Assembly (NCBI GenBank): GCA_000166095.1
Contig: CP002278.1
Location: 150,001-182,000 of the forward strand
DNA from: Methanothermus fervidus DSM 2088
Lineage (GTDB): Archaea; Methanobacteriota; Methanobacteria; DSM-2088; Methanothermaceae
Direction of reading: 5' to 3'
DNA length: 32,000 nucleotides
Position numbers and translations under genes: made by a program. Positions 19,340 to 29,309 of this stretch are shown here, piece after piece (position 1 is the stretch's first letter; each line of letters opens with the position of its first letter). The notes beneath the pieces were generated by a model. The model worked only from the letters and a program-made list of their open reading frames with translations, was not told the origin of the DNA and ran no database searches.

Positions 19340-19603
19340 CTAGTTTTTGTTTTTAAATAATACTGCCGTATTACCTCTCAAGTCTACTAATGAAGCACCA
19401 GTTTTTCTGATTATCTCTTCTAAATATTCATTTTTTCTTGTAGATATAGTTTTAGCAAATCTTATTTTAATCACCTTTTTTGCCTTTAATTGCCTTTTAA
19501 TTTCATTTATTAGATTATTTGTAATTCCGCGTTTCCCTATATTTACAGTCACTGCTGTAAGTGATTTACGCATTAACTCTTTTTTTCTTTTTATAACTTT
19601 CAA
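19340..19603 (-). CDS. YhbY/CRM-domain RNA-binding protein
   Basis: [42 protein letters not shown]...[22 protein letters not shown]. Confidence 0.88.
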   Translation of the reverse strand: MKVIKRKKELMRKSLTAVTVNIGKRGITNNLINEIKRQLKAKKVIKIRFAKTISTRKNEYLEEIIRKTGASLVDLRGNTAVLFKNKN

Positions 19604-19928
19604 GTTTCATTCTCCTTTTTTCTTTTTTTTCTTTAATATATGGATACCTCATTATATGCCCACATTCAAGACATTTAATTTTCACTTTTCCTCCTGAAAC
19701 TCTTATCCTACTATTATAACCTGGTTTTAAAAATTTATAGCATTTTTTGCAAAATCTTCTTTTCCAAATTCTAGGTATTCTAATATTGTATTTCATTGCT
19801 ATATTTCTTGCTATTTCTACATATCTATGAGATCTCTCTGGGTGCTTATGAAATTCTCTTTCAGCGAGATTAAATAAAATATTGATTCTTTCTAATGCTA
19901 TTCTGATCATCCATCTAGGTCTTCTCAA
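19566..19928 (-). CDS. rnp4: ribonuclease P protein component 4 (Rpp21-like, zinc ribbon)
   Basis: [88 protein letters not shown]. Putative TTG start. Confidence 0.93.
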   Translation of the reverse strand: MRRPRWMIRIALERINILFNLAEREFHKHPERSHRYVEIARNIAMKYNIRIPRIWKRRFCKKCYKFLKPGYNSRIRVSGGKVKIKCLECGHIMRYPYIKEKKEKRRMKLESYKKKKRVNA

Positions 19929-19939
19929 ACTAGAACCTC

Positions 19940-20497
19940 TTAGTACTCATTTGAATTCTTGAATTTTTCTCTAACAAAATCCTCTAAAAAATCTATTTTA
20001 CCTGGTTTAAAAATTTTCTTTCCATTAATTATCTCAACTATTAAATTACAAACATCATTGGGTAATAAATTAGTTGTATCAATTTCATGAACTTTATATC
20101 CATGAATTGATAATGCCTCATGAGTACAAACTCCAAGGGCTTCAGCTTCAACATTTTCCATTATTTTGGATTTATTGTATCCTCTTTTTTCCAATCTTTT
20201 TTTTAGATGTGATGGATGTAATCTTAACACAATTACAAAGTCAGCTGAATGACAAAGATGAGAAAGATGGCCTTCGACAATCCATATATTTTTATCTGAA
20301 GCTATTTTATTTATTTCTTTACATAATTTTTTTAAGTCCACAATTACGCTGTTCCTTTTTTCATCTAAACCTATATACAAACTTTTTTCTTTCACTAATT
20401 CATTTATATTTATAACTTTAGCAGATAATTTCTTTGCTAAGAGTTTTGATACAGTTGTCTTTCCAACTCCTGGAGTACCTGTCAAAAATATTTTCAT
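19940..20497 (-). CDS. putative archaeal adenylate kinase / Fap7-like NTPase
   Basis: [35 protein letters not shown]...[35 protein letters not shown]. Confidence 0.87.
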   Translation of the reverse strand: MKIFLTGTPGVGKTTVSKLLAKKLSAKVININELVKEKSLYIGLDEKRNSVIVDLKKLCKEINKIASDKNIWIVEGHLSHLCHSADFVIVLRLHPSHLKKRLEKRGYNKSKIMENVEAEALGVCTHEALSIHGYKVHEIDTTNLLPNDVCNLIVEIINGKKIFKPGKIDFLEDFVREKFKNSNEY

Positions 20498-21270
20498 AAT
20501 AATCTTTCTCTAATTAATTCTGCAACTTTTTTTCCTGATAGTAACATTCCACCAAAAATCGGTCCCATTCTATAAGATCCATAGACAGAATTAGCAGCCA
20601 TCCCGGCAACATATAGGTTAGGATATACTTCACCCGTATTTTTTATGACTGCTTTTTCACCTTTTTCTGCCCACATTGGTTTTTCTCCAACTATCCTACC
20701 AGTTTCTGTATTTAATACAGGACCTAATTTTTTTTCTACAGCCTTTACAACTTCACAATCATGTCCTGTAGCATCTATTACAAATTTAGATTTTATAACA
20801 AGTGGGTCAACATGAATTTTAGCCATTTCTGCTGCAGTCCAATTAACAACTATTCCAGAAATTTTTTTATTTTTTATAACAATGTCCTCTATGTTTATTA
20901 AATTAAAAATTTTGAGCCCTGATTTGCATGCCTTTGAAGCTAGCGTTGTTATCATCTCTATAGCATCTGCAACATAATAATTATTTTCATATCTTTCAGT
21001 GTTTACATCAAATTCATCTAATATTTTCTTACCTTCTTCTTGTACTACTATTTTATTAAACATCATTCCGCCGCCCCATGCACCGCCACCTATGGAAACT
21101 CTTTTTTCAAATAATGCTACTTTGAAACCTTCTTTAGCAAGATAATAACCTGCTGTTATCCCTGAAGGTCCTCCACCAGCAATTGCAACATCTAGATTAG
21201 TGTTATCAATTAATTCTTCCATATATTTACTTATAATAGCCTTAGAAATTGTAACTTCGTTTAACACCAT
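20494..21270 (-). CDS. thi4: Thi4-family (adenosine diphosphate) thiazole synthase
   Basis: [46 protein letters not shown]...[25 protein letters not shown]...[28 protein letters not shown]. Confidence 0.93.
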   Translation of the reverse strand: MVLNEVTISKAIISKYMEELIDNTNLDVAIAGGGPSGITAGYYLAKEGFKVALFEKRVSIGGGAWGGGMMFNKIVVQEEGKKILDEFDVNTERYENNYYVADAIEMITTLASKACKSGLKIFNLINIEDIVIKNKKISGIVVNWTAAEMAKIHVDPLVIKSKFVIDATGHDCEVVKAVEKKLGPVLNTETGRIVGEKPMWAEKGEKAVIKNTGEVYPNLYVAGMAANSVYGSYRMGPIFGGMLLSGKKVAELIRERLL

Positions 21271-21273
21271 AAA

Positions 21274-22353
21274 TTACACCTTTTTTATTATCTGAACAAT
21301 ATCTCCATCCTCAAGAACATGTTCTAATCCTACTTTCTGACCATTGAATTTTGCAGATTTTCCCCATACCCTTGCATATCTGAAATCCTCTAAAAAGCTT
21401 TTATGTAATTTTTTACAAACATCTTCGATAGTACATCCCTTTCTCATAATTAAAGGTTCTTTATAATTTGGGTCCTTACCAGGTTTTTTTGTGTAGATAC
21501 GTATAAGATTTAAATTTTTAAATATTTCTTCTTTGAGTTTATCAATATTTAAATTATTTTTTGCTGAAACTAGGATAGCATCTGGAAATTTAGATTTAAC
21601 ATGTTTAAGATATTCTTTATTCACCAAATCTATTTTGTTCACAACTTTTAAAACAGGTATATATGTTCTATTTCCGGCTATTGCATCTATGAATCTATCT
21701 ACATCAAACTTCTCTCTTATAATTACATCAGCACTGTAGATATTATATTCACGTAAAATAGATCTGACAACTTCTTCATCAACTTTATTTGTTGAATAAA
21801 TATTGATTCCGCCTCTTTCTTTCTTTTTGATGCGTATATCAGGAGGTTTTTCTCCAGGTCTAATATCTACATTCCTTAGTTCATTTATAATAGTGTCGTA
21901 ATCTAAATTAAACACATCCATTACTACAACAATTAAATCTGCGGCTCTAACTGATGAAAGTACTTCTCTACCTCTTCCTTTACCTTCTGAAGCACCTTTG
22001 ATTATACCTGGAATATCAAATATCTGTATTTTTGCACCTTTGTATTCAAGCATTCCTGGAACTATGTTGAGTGTTGTAAATTGATAATTCCCAACTTTTG
22101 ATTCGGCATTAGTAAGTTTATTCAATAATGTAGATTTTCCAACTGATGGAAATCCTACTAAAACAACTGTTGCATCACCAGTTTTTTTAATTAAAAAACC
22201 TTTACCTTTAGATTTCCCAGATTTTTTTGAGGCTTCTTCTCTTAATTTTGCAATTCTTGCCTTTAATCTTCCAATGTGTCGAGCAGTCGCCTTATTATAG
22301 GGCGTTCTTCTTATTTCTTCTTCTAGTTCTTTTATCATTTTTTCTATATCCAT
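21274..22353 (-). CDS. DRG-family GTP-binding protein with C-terminal TGS domain
   Basis: ATVVLVGFPSVGKSTLLNKLTNAESKVGNYQFTTLNIVPGMLEYKGAKIQIFDIPGIIKGASEGKGRGREVLS; TGS C-terminus. The track start is 22464; ATG 22353 (MDIEKMIKEL) fits the family. Confidence 0.93.
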   Translation of the reverse strand: MDIEKMIKELEEEIRRTPYNKATARHIGRLKARIAKLREEASKKSGKSKGKGFLIKKTGDATVVLVGFPSVGKSTLLNKLTNAESKVGNYQFTTLNIVPGMLEYKGAKIQIFDIPGIIKGASEGKGRGREVLSSVRAADLIVVVMDVFNLDYDTIINELRNVDIRPGEKPPDIRIKKKERGGINIYSTNKVDEEVVRSILREYNIYSADVIIREKFDVDRFIDAIAGNRTYIPVLKVVNKIDLVNKEYLKHVKSKFPDAILVSAKNNLNIDKLKEEIFKNLNLIRIYTKKPGKDPNYKEPLIMRKGCTIEDVCKKLHKSFLEDFRYARVWGKSAKFNGQKVGLEHVLEDGDIVQIIKKV

Positions 22354-22357
22354 TCTA

Positions 22358-24922
22358 TCACTGAGCAGTCCATATTGAAACTCCTGGTTCTGAATGTAGA
22401 TACTTAAATGTTGTCTGGTTAAAACCTCCAAGTATGAATAATTTTGTAAAGACTGAATCTTCAAGTTGTTTATCCATAACTATTGTTACATATGATCCTC
22501 CTTGGCCAATTACGACTAATCCGTAATTACTATCTTTATCAACTATTTCATTCTTTACAACACGATTTCCTTCAATTATTACTAACTTATGTGGTTTAAC
22601 TTCATTTAAATTACCTTTTGTACCCATGAGAATTGTTGCATTTATTTCATTAGCTTTTTTCTCAATTTTTGTACATATCATCTGATTTTGCATTACTTCG
22701 TTTATTGTGTATATCACGGTTTTATCCTTTTCTTTCTGTGGTGGAGACACTTGTTGTGAGATGTGGTAGAAGTAATGAGTACCATTTTTTGTTTCAAAGT
22801 TCCAGCTTCCGAAATATGACCACCATGCTGCTTTGGGTATCATATCTGAACTACATACAAGTACAAATGGTCTTTTCTTGTCTGGATGTGTATATTGTAA
22901 AATAGTATCTGCTTGTTGAGGTGTAAGCTTATATTCATTTATCATTATGTTTCTAGCTTCTGATTTTGGAACACCCAATGTTTTATCTAATATTTCAACA
23001 GTTTTTGCGGTGTCGTGTGTGTAATTATCCAATGTTAAATATGCTTTATCACCACTACTTGCCAACATTCTTAAAATTCCGGCTGATAATGTTTCATTGT
23101 TAGTTAGCAACGCTTTACCTATCCAATATGCTCTAGGCGTGTTCTGAGAACCACCATCAAATGTTACAGGTCTATCTGCTTCATAAGTGAAAAAGTGCCC
23201 AAAGTCCCACCAGGACATAATTACGGTTCCCGGTGTCGTATGATCTTTAATCCATTTTGTTGCATTGTACATTCCTGTATTTGATGATGGGACGATCTGA
23301 GATGCAAATTGTTGTGCTCCATATATTGAAGGAGTTGCAGCGACTCCTACAATCAATAGTGCAATTATAACCGATCTTAACGAATGTTTCCTTACAATAT
23401 AAACTAAAATAGCTGAAATAATTCCAGCTAAAAATTTCATTTGGACTGTTGGTGCAAATGGCGACGCGGCTAATATACCACAGATAAATGCAAGTGTTAA
23501 GGCTGTAAGTTCTGCACGAACATGTTTTTTCACGAAATCTGCAGCAAAACCAACAAAAATTCCTGCAGAAAGTGACATTGGTATTGAAAATGGTTCAGCA
23601 AATCTTATACCCTTCGTTACTGCATAACCTGCCATAATACTCCAAATTGTAAATAACACAGCATAAAATAAATGTTCTATTTGAATATCTCTTGATACTT
23701 CTTCACTTATTCTTCTTTTTCTTTTCTTAAATTTACTTGTTTTACCTGCTCTAATTTTTGGAGTAGTTTTAAGGAAATCTTTTGTCAATGAAAATTCACT
23801 CCTATATATAGAACCAGCTTTCCATAAGAGAGCAATTATCCCTGCAACACCTAATAGAAATACCCCAAGTCCTCCTATTTGACCAACAGCTGACATTTGA
23901 TTAGGTAAAAATACAGACCCTGGTTTTCCAGGTATGGGCATTACAAAGGGAGGAACTTGCAACTCAGCAACTGAAATATATACGTTAGGATATGAAGATG
24001 TTTGAGTCAATGCTTGCATTTGTACTGCACCTACTAACTGAGACAATGCATTAGGTATCGCTGATGGACCACCACCTATCGTTAATATGCCACCACAAAT
24101 GATAGCTACAATCAACAATGCTAATAACTCTCTTTGTCCTTTTATCCAATCTAGCTTGCTTACATATTCTACCTTTCCTCTCTCTATGAAGTATCTCAGT
24201 CCGAAGTATACAAGTGCAACCACAAAAATAACTGCTAGGTAGAATACATATCCAACCCATGAAAGTGAGAATAATATTATTGATATGGCCGTGGCTACAG
24301 CAAATATAACCCTACGTTTAAACGTTTTTGCAACTATACTTTCAGCAAAAAACCACATAATTAATATTGGGAACAAAACGTTAAACATAGCCGTACGGAA
24401 CAGTCCAGCGAAGGTGTGTGCAAAATACACAGGTGCAAATGCTACTAAGAGTGCTGCTGTAATACCACCATAATCATTAGTTATTTTTCTTACAAATAGA
24501 TATGCAGGAATTACAACGAGAGATCCTATAAATGCACCTGTCCAAAATGCTACCACAGGCAATGAAACTTTTTTAAAGATATTAACAAACTTATAAAGGA
24601 AAGAGGTAACATAGACAATCATTGGTGGATAATCAACTGGTCTACCTGGTGGATAGTAGGAGTGTAGGTCCCAATCTTTACCATTTACTTTAGTATCTCC
24701 CAACATTCCTTTTGTTAAAAAATTAGTTGTTAAACGTAAGTTGTAGTATGAATCTATTTCACTAAAGTAAGGTAATCCTGTAGATGGATCTTTGTAGAAG
24801 TTTTTTTGGTCTGGAGGAACGCCTCCAATGTTTACGGCCTCTGATCTTATATAAAATGCTAATGAAAAAAGGATAGCAATGATGGCTATTTGTTTAATAG
24901 TGTTTAGCATTTTTTTCTTCAC
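22358..24922 (-). CDS. aglB: dolichyl-phosphooligosaccharide-protein glycotransferase AglB (STT3 family)
   Basis: Multi-TM protein with TMSWWDFGHFFTYEADRPVTFDGGSQNTPRAYWIGKALLTNN (WWDxG motif). The track start is 24931; GTG 24922 lies just after GAGGTGG. Confidence 0.93.
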   Translation of the reverse strand: MKKKMLNTIKQIAIIAILFSLAFYIRSEAVNIGGVPPDQKNFYKDPSTGLPYFSEIDSYYNLRLTTNFLTKGMLGDTKVNGKDWDLHSYYPPGRPVDYPPMIVYVTSFLYKFVNIFKKVSLPVVAFWTGAFIGSLVVIPAYLFVRKITNDYGGITAALLVAFAPVYFAHTFAGLFRTAMFNVLFPILIMWFFAESIVAKTFKRRVIFAVATAISIILFSLSWVGYVFYLAVIFVVALVYFGLRYFIERGKVEYVSKLDWIKGQRELLALLIVAIICGGILTIGGGPSAIPNALSQLVGAVQMQALTQTSSYPNVYISVAELQVPPFVMPIPGKPGSVFLPNQMSAVGQIGGLGVFLLGVAGIIALLWKAGSIYRSEFSLTKDFLKTTPKIRAGKTSKFKKRKRRISEEVSRDIQIEHLFYAVLFTIWSIMAGYAVTKGIRFAEPFSIPMSLSAGIFVGFAADFVKKHVRAELTALTLAFICGILAASPFAPTVQMKFLAGIISAILVYIVRKHSLRSVIIALLIVGVAATPSIYGAQQFASQIVPSSNTGMYNATKWIKDHTTPGTVIMSWWDFGHFFTYEADRPVTFDGGSQNTPRAYWIGKALLTNNETLSAGILRMLASSGDKAYLTLDNYTHDTAKTVEILDKTLGVPKSEARNIMINEYKLTPQQADTILQYTHPDKKRPFVLVCSSDMIPKAAWWSYFGSWNFETKNGTHYFYHISQQVSPPQKEKDKTVIYTINEVMQNQMICTKIEKKANEINATILMGTKGNLNEVKPHKLVIIEGNRVVKNEIVDKDSNYGLVVIGQGGSYVTIVMDKQLEDSVFTKLFILGGFNQTTFKYLHSEPGVSIWTAQ

Positions 24923-24932
24923 TATGACCACC

Positions 24933-27050
24933 TCAAATAGATCTTACATATTTACATTTTGGGAATCCTTTACAACCTACAAACTTACCATATCTCCCTG
25001 ATTTTATTATTAAATCATTTCCACATTTAGGGCATTTCCCAACTATTTTTTCTTCATCTATTTTTTTACCACATTTAGGATTTAAGCATGCTACACGTCT
25101 GGGGTTGCCATATGATATTAAGGGTAAACCACATCTCTTACATTTACTTTCCAAAATTATTGCATTTTTTGGAAGTGAATAAGTAACTTTACATGCGGGG
25201 TAATTTGAACATCCTACAAATCTTTTTTTGTATTTTTGGGAATACCTGATTATTAAATTTCCACCACATTTGCATTTACCTATAATTTTTGATTTTTTAT
25301 ATGCATTATATAATTCTTCCCCTATTTCTTTTTGCTTATCTTCAATACTATTTAATATATCTTTAACTTCATTTTTAGCTTCAGTAATCACGTTTTCTTT
25401 ATTAATTTCTCCTTTTATTATTCTTTTTATCTTTTTTTCAAATTCTCTTGTGAGTTTTTCACTAGTAATTTTCTTACAATATTTTTTTAAGATATTAATT
25501 ATTTTTATTCCAAGTGGTTTAACTTTAATCTTCCTACCTTCTATATATTTCCTGTCATACAATGCAGATATTATTTCTGCCCTAGTTGATTTCGTACCTA
25601 AACCTCTAACTTCCATTTCTTTAATTAAAGATGCTGCAGTATACCTAGCAGGTGGTTTGGTTTTTTTCTCCTCTTTAATGATTTTTTCAATTTTTAATTT
25701 ATCCCCTTCCTTAATTTCTGGAAATTCTTCATTTTTGACACTTGTATAAGGATAAAAACTCATCCAACCTTCTTTAATTATTTTTTGTTTATTAAAAATA
25801 AATTCATAATCATTTATGGATAATACTCCTCTTAAATTTGCAATTTTGGCTTTATCAGCAAAAACTGCAATAAATCTATGAACTATCAACTCATATAATT
25901 TTGATTCATCTTCATTCAAATTTTTTGGCATTACACCTGTCGGATGGATTGCCGGATGAGCTTCATCAGTTTTTTTACCTTCATACGGTTTAAATGGCTT
26001 TGATAATTTACTTATATATCTTTCGAACTTGGGATTTTTAGATAATCCCTCAAATATTTTCTCATAATCAATACTTGGTGGTAATTTCTGAGAAGAAGTT
26101 CTAGGATATGAAATGTAACCACCAAGATATAAATTTTGAGCCAGAGATTGTGTTTTTCTAGGGCTAAATCCAAACAATCTATATGCTTCTGATTGCAAGG
26201 TTGTTAAGTCAAAAGGAACTGGGGGATTTCTGTATCTTTTAGTAATTTTCACAGATTTTACTATAGCATTTTTATTTTTACATTCTTTAACAATTTTTAA
26301 TGCTTTATTTTTATCAAATATTTTTTGTTCTTTAAATTTTGCCGTAAAGAATTTAGTTTTAGCTTCGATGACCCAATATGTTTTTGGTTTAAATTTTTTG
26401 ATTTCTCTTTCTCTATCCACCAATATAGAGAGAGTAGGGGTTTGAACCCTGCCAGCTGATAGTTTGACGAATTTTTTTGTGGAATTCTGAATAGAGTTCA
26501 TCAATGCCCTAGAGATGTTAACACCAAATAAAAAATCAAGAAAATGTCTTGTGATTCCTCCATTAACCTGGCCATAATCTATAGATGTGAGATTTTCATA
26601 TGCTTTTCTTATATCTCTCTTTGTTAAGGTTGAAAATTTCATTCGTAGTGATTTTTTTAAAGATTTTTTGCCTATACAATACCTTAATACATTGTAACCT
26701 ATTAAAGTTCCTTCTATATCATAATCACAGGCATGTATATATCTATCTGCTTTTTTACCCAATTTTTTTATTGCATCAATATAATTTTTAATGTATTTTC
26801 GTTTTTTATCAACTAAATAAACAGGTGTCCACTCTAAATCAAAAAAATAATCTTTCTTTTTATTTGAAGGTGCTAAAGTATATAAGTGTCCTACAGCAGG
26901 TACTACCAATATTTTTTTGTCAGTTTTTTTAATTTCCCAATATGGTACATTTTTGTATTTTTTCTTTTTTGTTGATGAAGATAAGGAATTAGCAATCTTC
27001 TCTGCTGCTTGTGGTTTTTCACAAATTATAACTTCATTTACGAGAGTCAT
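24933..27050 (-). CDS. topA: DNA topoisomerase I (type IA) with C-terminal zinc ribbons
   Basis: VNEVIICEKPQAAEKIANSL, CDYDIEGTLIGYN, RVQTPTLSILVDREREI, catalytic YISYPRTSSQ, and several C-terminal CxxC zinc ribbons. Confidence 0.95.
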   Translation of the reverse strand: MTLVNEVIICEKPQAAEKIANSLSSSTKKKKYKNVPYWEIKKTDKKILVVPAVGHLYTLAPSNKKKDYFFDLEWTPVYLVDKKRKYIKNYIDAIKKLGKKADRYIHACDYDIEGTLIGYNVLRYCIGKKSLKKSLRMKFSTLTKRDIRKAYENLTSIDYGQVNGGITRHFLDFLFGVNISRALMNSIQNSTKKFVKLSAGRVQTPTLSILVDREREIKKFKPKTYWVIEAKTKFFTAKFKEQKIFDKNKALKIVKECKNKNAIVKSVKITKRYRNPPVPFDLTTLQSEAYRLFGFSPRKTQSLAQNLYLGGYISYPRTSSQKLPPSIDYEKIFEGLSKNPKFERYISKLSKPFKPYEGKKTDEAHPAIHPTGVMPKNLNEDESKLYELIVHRFIAVFADKAKIANLRGVLSINDYEFIFNKQKIIKEGWMSFYPYTSVKNEEFPEIKEGDKLKIEKIIKEEKKTKPPARYTAASLIKEMEVRGLGTKSTRAEIISALYDRKYIEGRKIKVKPLGIKIINILKKYCKKITSEKLTREFEKKIKRIIKGEINKENVITEAKNEVKDILNSIEDKQKEIGEELYNAYKKSKIIGKCKCGGNLIIRYSQKYKKRFVGCSNYPACKVTYSLPKNAIILESKCKRCGLPLISYGNPRRVACLNPKCGKKIDEEKIVGKCPKCGNDLIIKSGRYGKFVGCKGFPKCKYVRSI

Positions 27051-27076
27051 AAACAGTCACTTCACCACACTAGTAA

Positions 27077-28543
27077 CTATATAATATCATGCTTTTGTAT
27101 CAATAGCAACTCATCAGTAGTAAGTTTTTTCCCTCTTTTGAATTTTTGATAGATTTTTTTGGCTCTTCTTTTCTCTATAAATTCTTTCTTGTTCTGGAAA
27201 CTTTTGATAATTCTTTCTCTCTCATCCTTAAGTTTCCTAATTTTTTTATTTATTTTATTTATTTTAGACATTATTTTCTCAATTTCTTCATGTTTTTTAT
27301 CTGCTTCTTTTTTGTATTTTACAAATCGTTTATGAGCATCATCAGCCTTTTCTCTCAATTTATCAACTTTTTTAAAATGTTTTAACATCTTTTCATGATA
27401 TTCCTGTGATTTTTTTGCTAGAGTTAATACCTTTTCGTGACATTCTTTAGCCTTGTTTTTGAGCTTATGTGCCTCTTCTTTAATTTTTTCATTTTTTCTA
27501 ATTTTTTTTAATTTTTTTCCCAATTCACCAACCTTTTCAATTAGCTCGTTTTCCTTTTGAATACTTAGAACTCCAGTCTCTATTTTATTTTCAATTCGTT
27601 TTATTTCTGCCATAATTTTCCTTTTTTCTCTGTTAATTGGATCCCATTTTAATTTCTTAGATTTTTCTATGAACTCTGACCTTAAATTTTTATATTTTTT
27701 TACTTTTTCGTTGATTTTATCTCTTTTTTCTCTATAATCCAATGCCAATTTTAAATTTTCCTGAACTTTTCTATTTAATTCATTTCTAATTTTCCTATAT
27801 TTTCTAGCTTTTGAATTAAATTTATTCCTCTCTTTAATTAATATAGCTTTCTTTTTTTCGTATTTTGTCTTTTTATCGATTACTTTATCTAATTCTTTCT
27901 CCAAAATTTCTAAGTCTTTATTATTTACATTATCTACAATCGGAATTATTTTACGAAGATCTTTCTCATTAATAACGACGTCTGCAATTTTTTTAACTAT
28001 TGGTTTTGCGTTAAAAGCTATTCCTACCTTAACAGCCTCTAAAATAGGCATGTCGTTGGCACCATCTCCAACAGCGATACATTCATCAAAACTAATGTTT
28101 TCTTTTTTTAATAGTTTACATAAAACATCATATTTTGATCCTTTTACTAGAGGACCACTTACTTCCCCTGTTAAAACACCATTTTTCACATGTAATTTAT
28201 TAGACACTACATAGTCAATTCCCAATTTTTTCTTTATTTCTTCTGCTACAATATCAAAGCCACCAGTTATTGTAACTACTTTACAACCTCTAGCTTTTAA
28301 CTCTTCAATTGTTTCCTTTGCCCCGTTCATTAATGGAAGTTTTTTTGCAAGAGATTTGATATCTTTAATTGGAATACCTTTAAGAAGTTTAACTCTTTTC
28401 TTTATAGAACTTTCAAAATCTAATTCTCCTTCCATCGCTTTTTTCGTGATTTCACTTATTTCTTCCTTTAAATTTTTTAGTTTGGCAATTTCATCTATAC
28501 TCTCACAATCTAAAAGAACATTATCAAGATCAAAAATTACCAT
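27077..28543 (-). CDS. SerB-like HAD phosphatase fused to a long C-terminal coiled-coil domain (COG1340-like)
   Basis: MVIFDLDNVLLDCESIDEIAK...VVTITGGFDIVAEEIKKKLGIDYVVSN...VGDGANDMPILEAVKVGIAFNAKP, then about 280 aa of Lys/Glu-rich coiled coil. The track start is a TTG at 28552; ATG is at 28543. Confidence 0.85.
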   Translation of the reverse strand: MVIFDLDNVLLDCESIDEIAKLKNLKEEISEITKKAMEGELDFESSIKKRVKLLKGIPIKDIKSLAKKLPLMNGAKETIEELKARGCKVVTITGGFDIVAEEIKKKLGIDYVVSNKLHVKNGVLTGEVSGPLVKGSKYDVLCKLLKKENISFDECIAVGDGANDMPILEAVKVGIAFNAKPIVKKIADVVINEKDLRKIIPIVDNVNNKDLEILEKELDKVIDKKTKYEKKKAILIKERNKFNSKARKYRKIRNELNRKVQENLKLALDYREKRDKINEKVKKYKNLRSEFIEKSKKLKWDPINREKRKIMAEIKRIENKIETGVLSIQKENELIEKVGELGKKLKKIRKNEKIKEEAHKLKNKAKECHEKVLTLAKKSQEYHEKMLKHFKKVDKLREKADDAHKRFVKYKKEADKKHEEIEKIMSKINKINKKIRKLKDERERIIKSFQNKKEFIEKRRAKKIYQKFKRGKKLTTDELLLIQKHDII

Positions 28544-28563
28544 CTTTATCAAACTATCACCAG

Positions 28564-29115
28564 TTAAATCAAGTTTAACTCTTTTAAACGTTCTTTAGTT
28601 TTTTTAACACCTAATTTTGCATCTTTCGGGTCTCTTGCCCCAGTACAAACAACTTTTCCAGATCCAAATAAAAGCAATACAACCTTTGGCTTATCAAGTC
28701 GATACACTAACCCTGGAAATTGTTCAGGTTCGTATTCTGTATTTTCCAATGTCATCGCAATCTCATCTAAATTTAATGGTTTAGAAAGATTAGCAGAGGC
28801 AACTATGTTTTGTATTTTTATTTCATAATCTTCAGGGATGTCAGGGTCAACTTCTCTTATTTTATTAACAGTTGTTTTAATAGCCTTTATTGAATCTTCA
28901 ACTGATTTTGCACCAGTGCATACAAGTTTTCCAGATCCAAATATCAATGCTGCAGTTTTTGGCTTATCAAGCTTATATACTAGTCCTGGAAATTGTTTTC
29001 TATTGAAATTGACACTTTTAAGAGCTTTAGAAATTTTTGATAAATCTATAGGTCTTCCTAATGTTGCGGATGCTACTATGTTTTCTATTTCAATCTCTAA
29101 ATCGTTTTCACCCAC
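28564..29115 (-). CDS. tbp: TATA-box-binding protein (TBP)
   Basis: Two direct repeats, IENIVASATLGRPIDLSKISKAL...FPGLVYKLDKPKTAALIFGSGKLVCTGAKSVED and IQNIVASANLSKPLNLDEIAMTL...FPGLVYRLDKPKVVLLLFGSGKVVCTGARDPKD. Confidence 0.97.
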   Translation of the reverse strand: MGENDLEIEIENIVASATLGRPIDLSKISKALKSVNFNRKQFPGLVYKLDKPKTAALIFGSGKLVCTGAKSVEDSIKAIKTTVNKIREVDPDIPEDYEIKIQNIVASANLSKPLNLDEIAMTLENTEYEPEQFPGLVYRLDKPKVVLLLFGSGKVVCTGARDPKDAKLGVKKTKERLKELNLI

Positions 29116-29309
29116 TTAATCTACCCCCTTAGCAATGTTAACAGATAAAAGATATATTTATAACTTTGACTACTTAAAAAATATAATTGACTGACATGAT
29201 GGAAACAAATTTAAGAGTTTTTAAATCCCATTGACAGTCCATTACACAGTAATTTACACAATAGATTTTTGTTATTTATGTCCCAGTGTTATGTGCAGGA
29301 GGCCAAACT

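Noticed and set aside
19340-19603. Overlap of the YhbY and rnp4 genes as a sequencing frameshift or gene fusion
   Set aside because: Both frames encode complete conserved domains with their own ends. The 38-nt overlap is compatible with normal dense archaeal operons or a downstream YhbY start.
24051-24260. 69-aa ORF MGWICILPSSYFCGCTCILRTEILHRERKGRICKQARLDKRTKRVISIVDCSYHLWWHINDRWWSISDT
   Set aside because: It lies out of frame within aglB on the same strand, and aglB is continuous and conserved through this segment.
27077-27900. Lys/Glu-rich stretch as a non-coding repeat
   Set aside because: The frame is continuous with the HAD domain and shows heptad-like coiled-coil character without exact nucleotide repetition.
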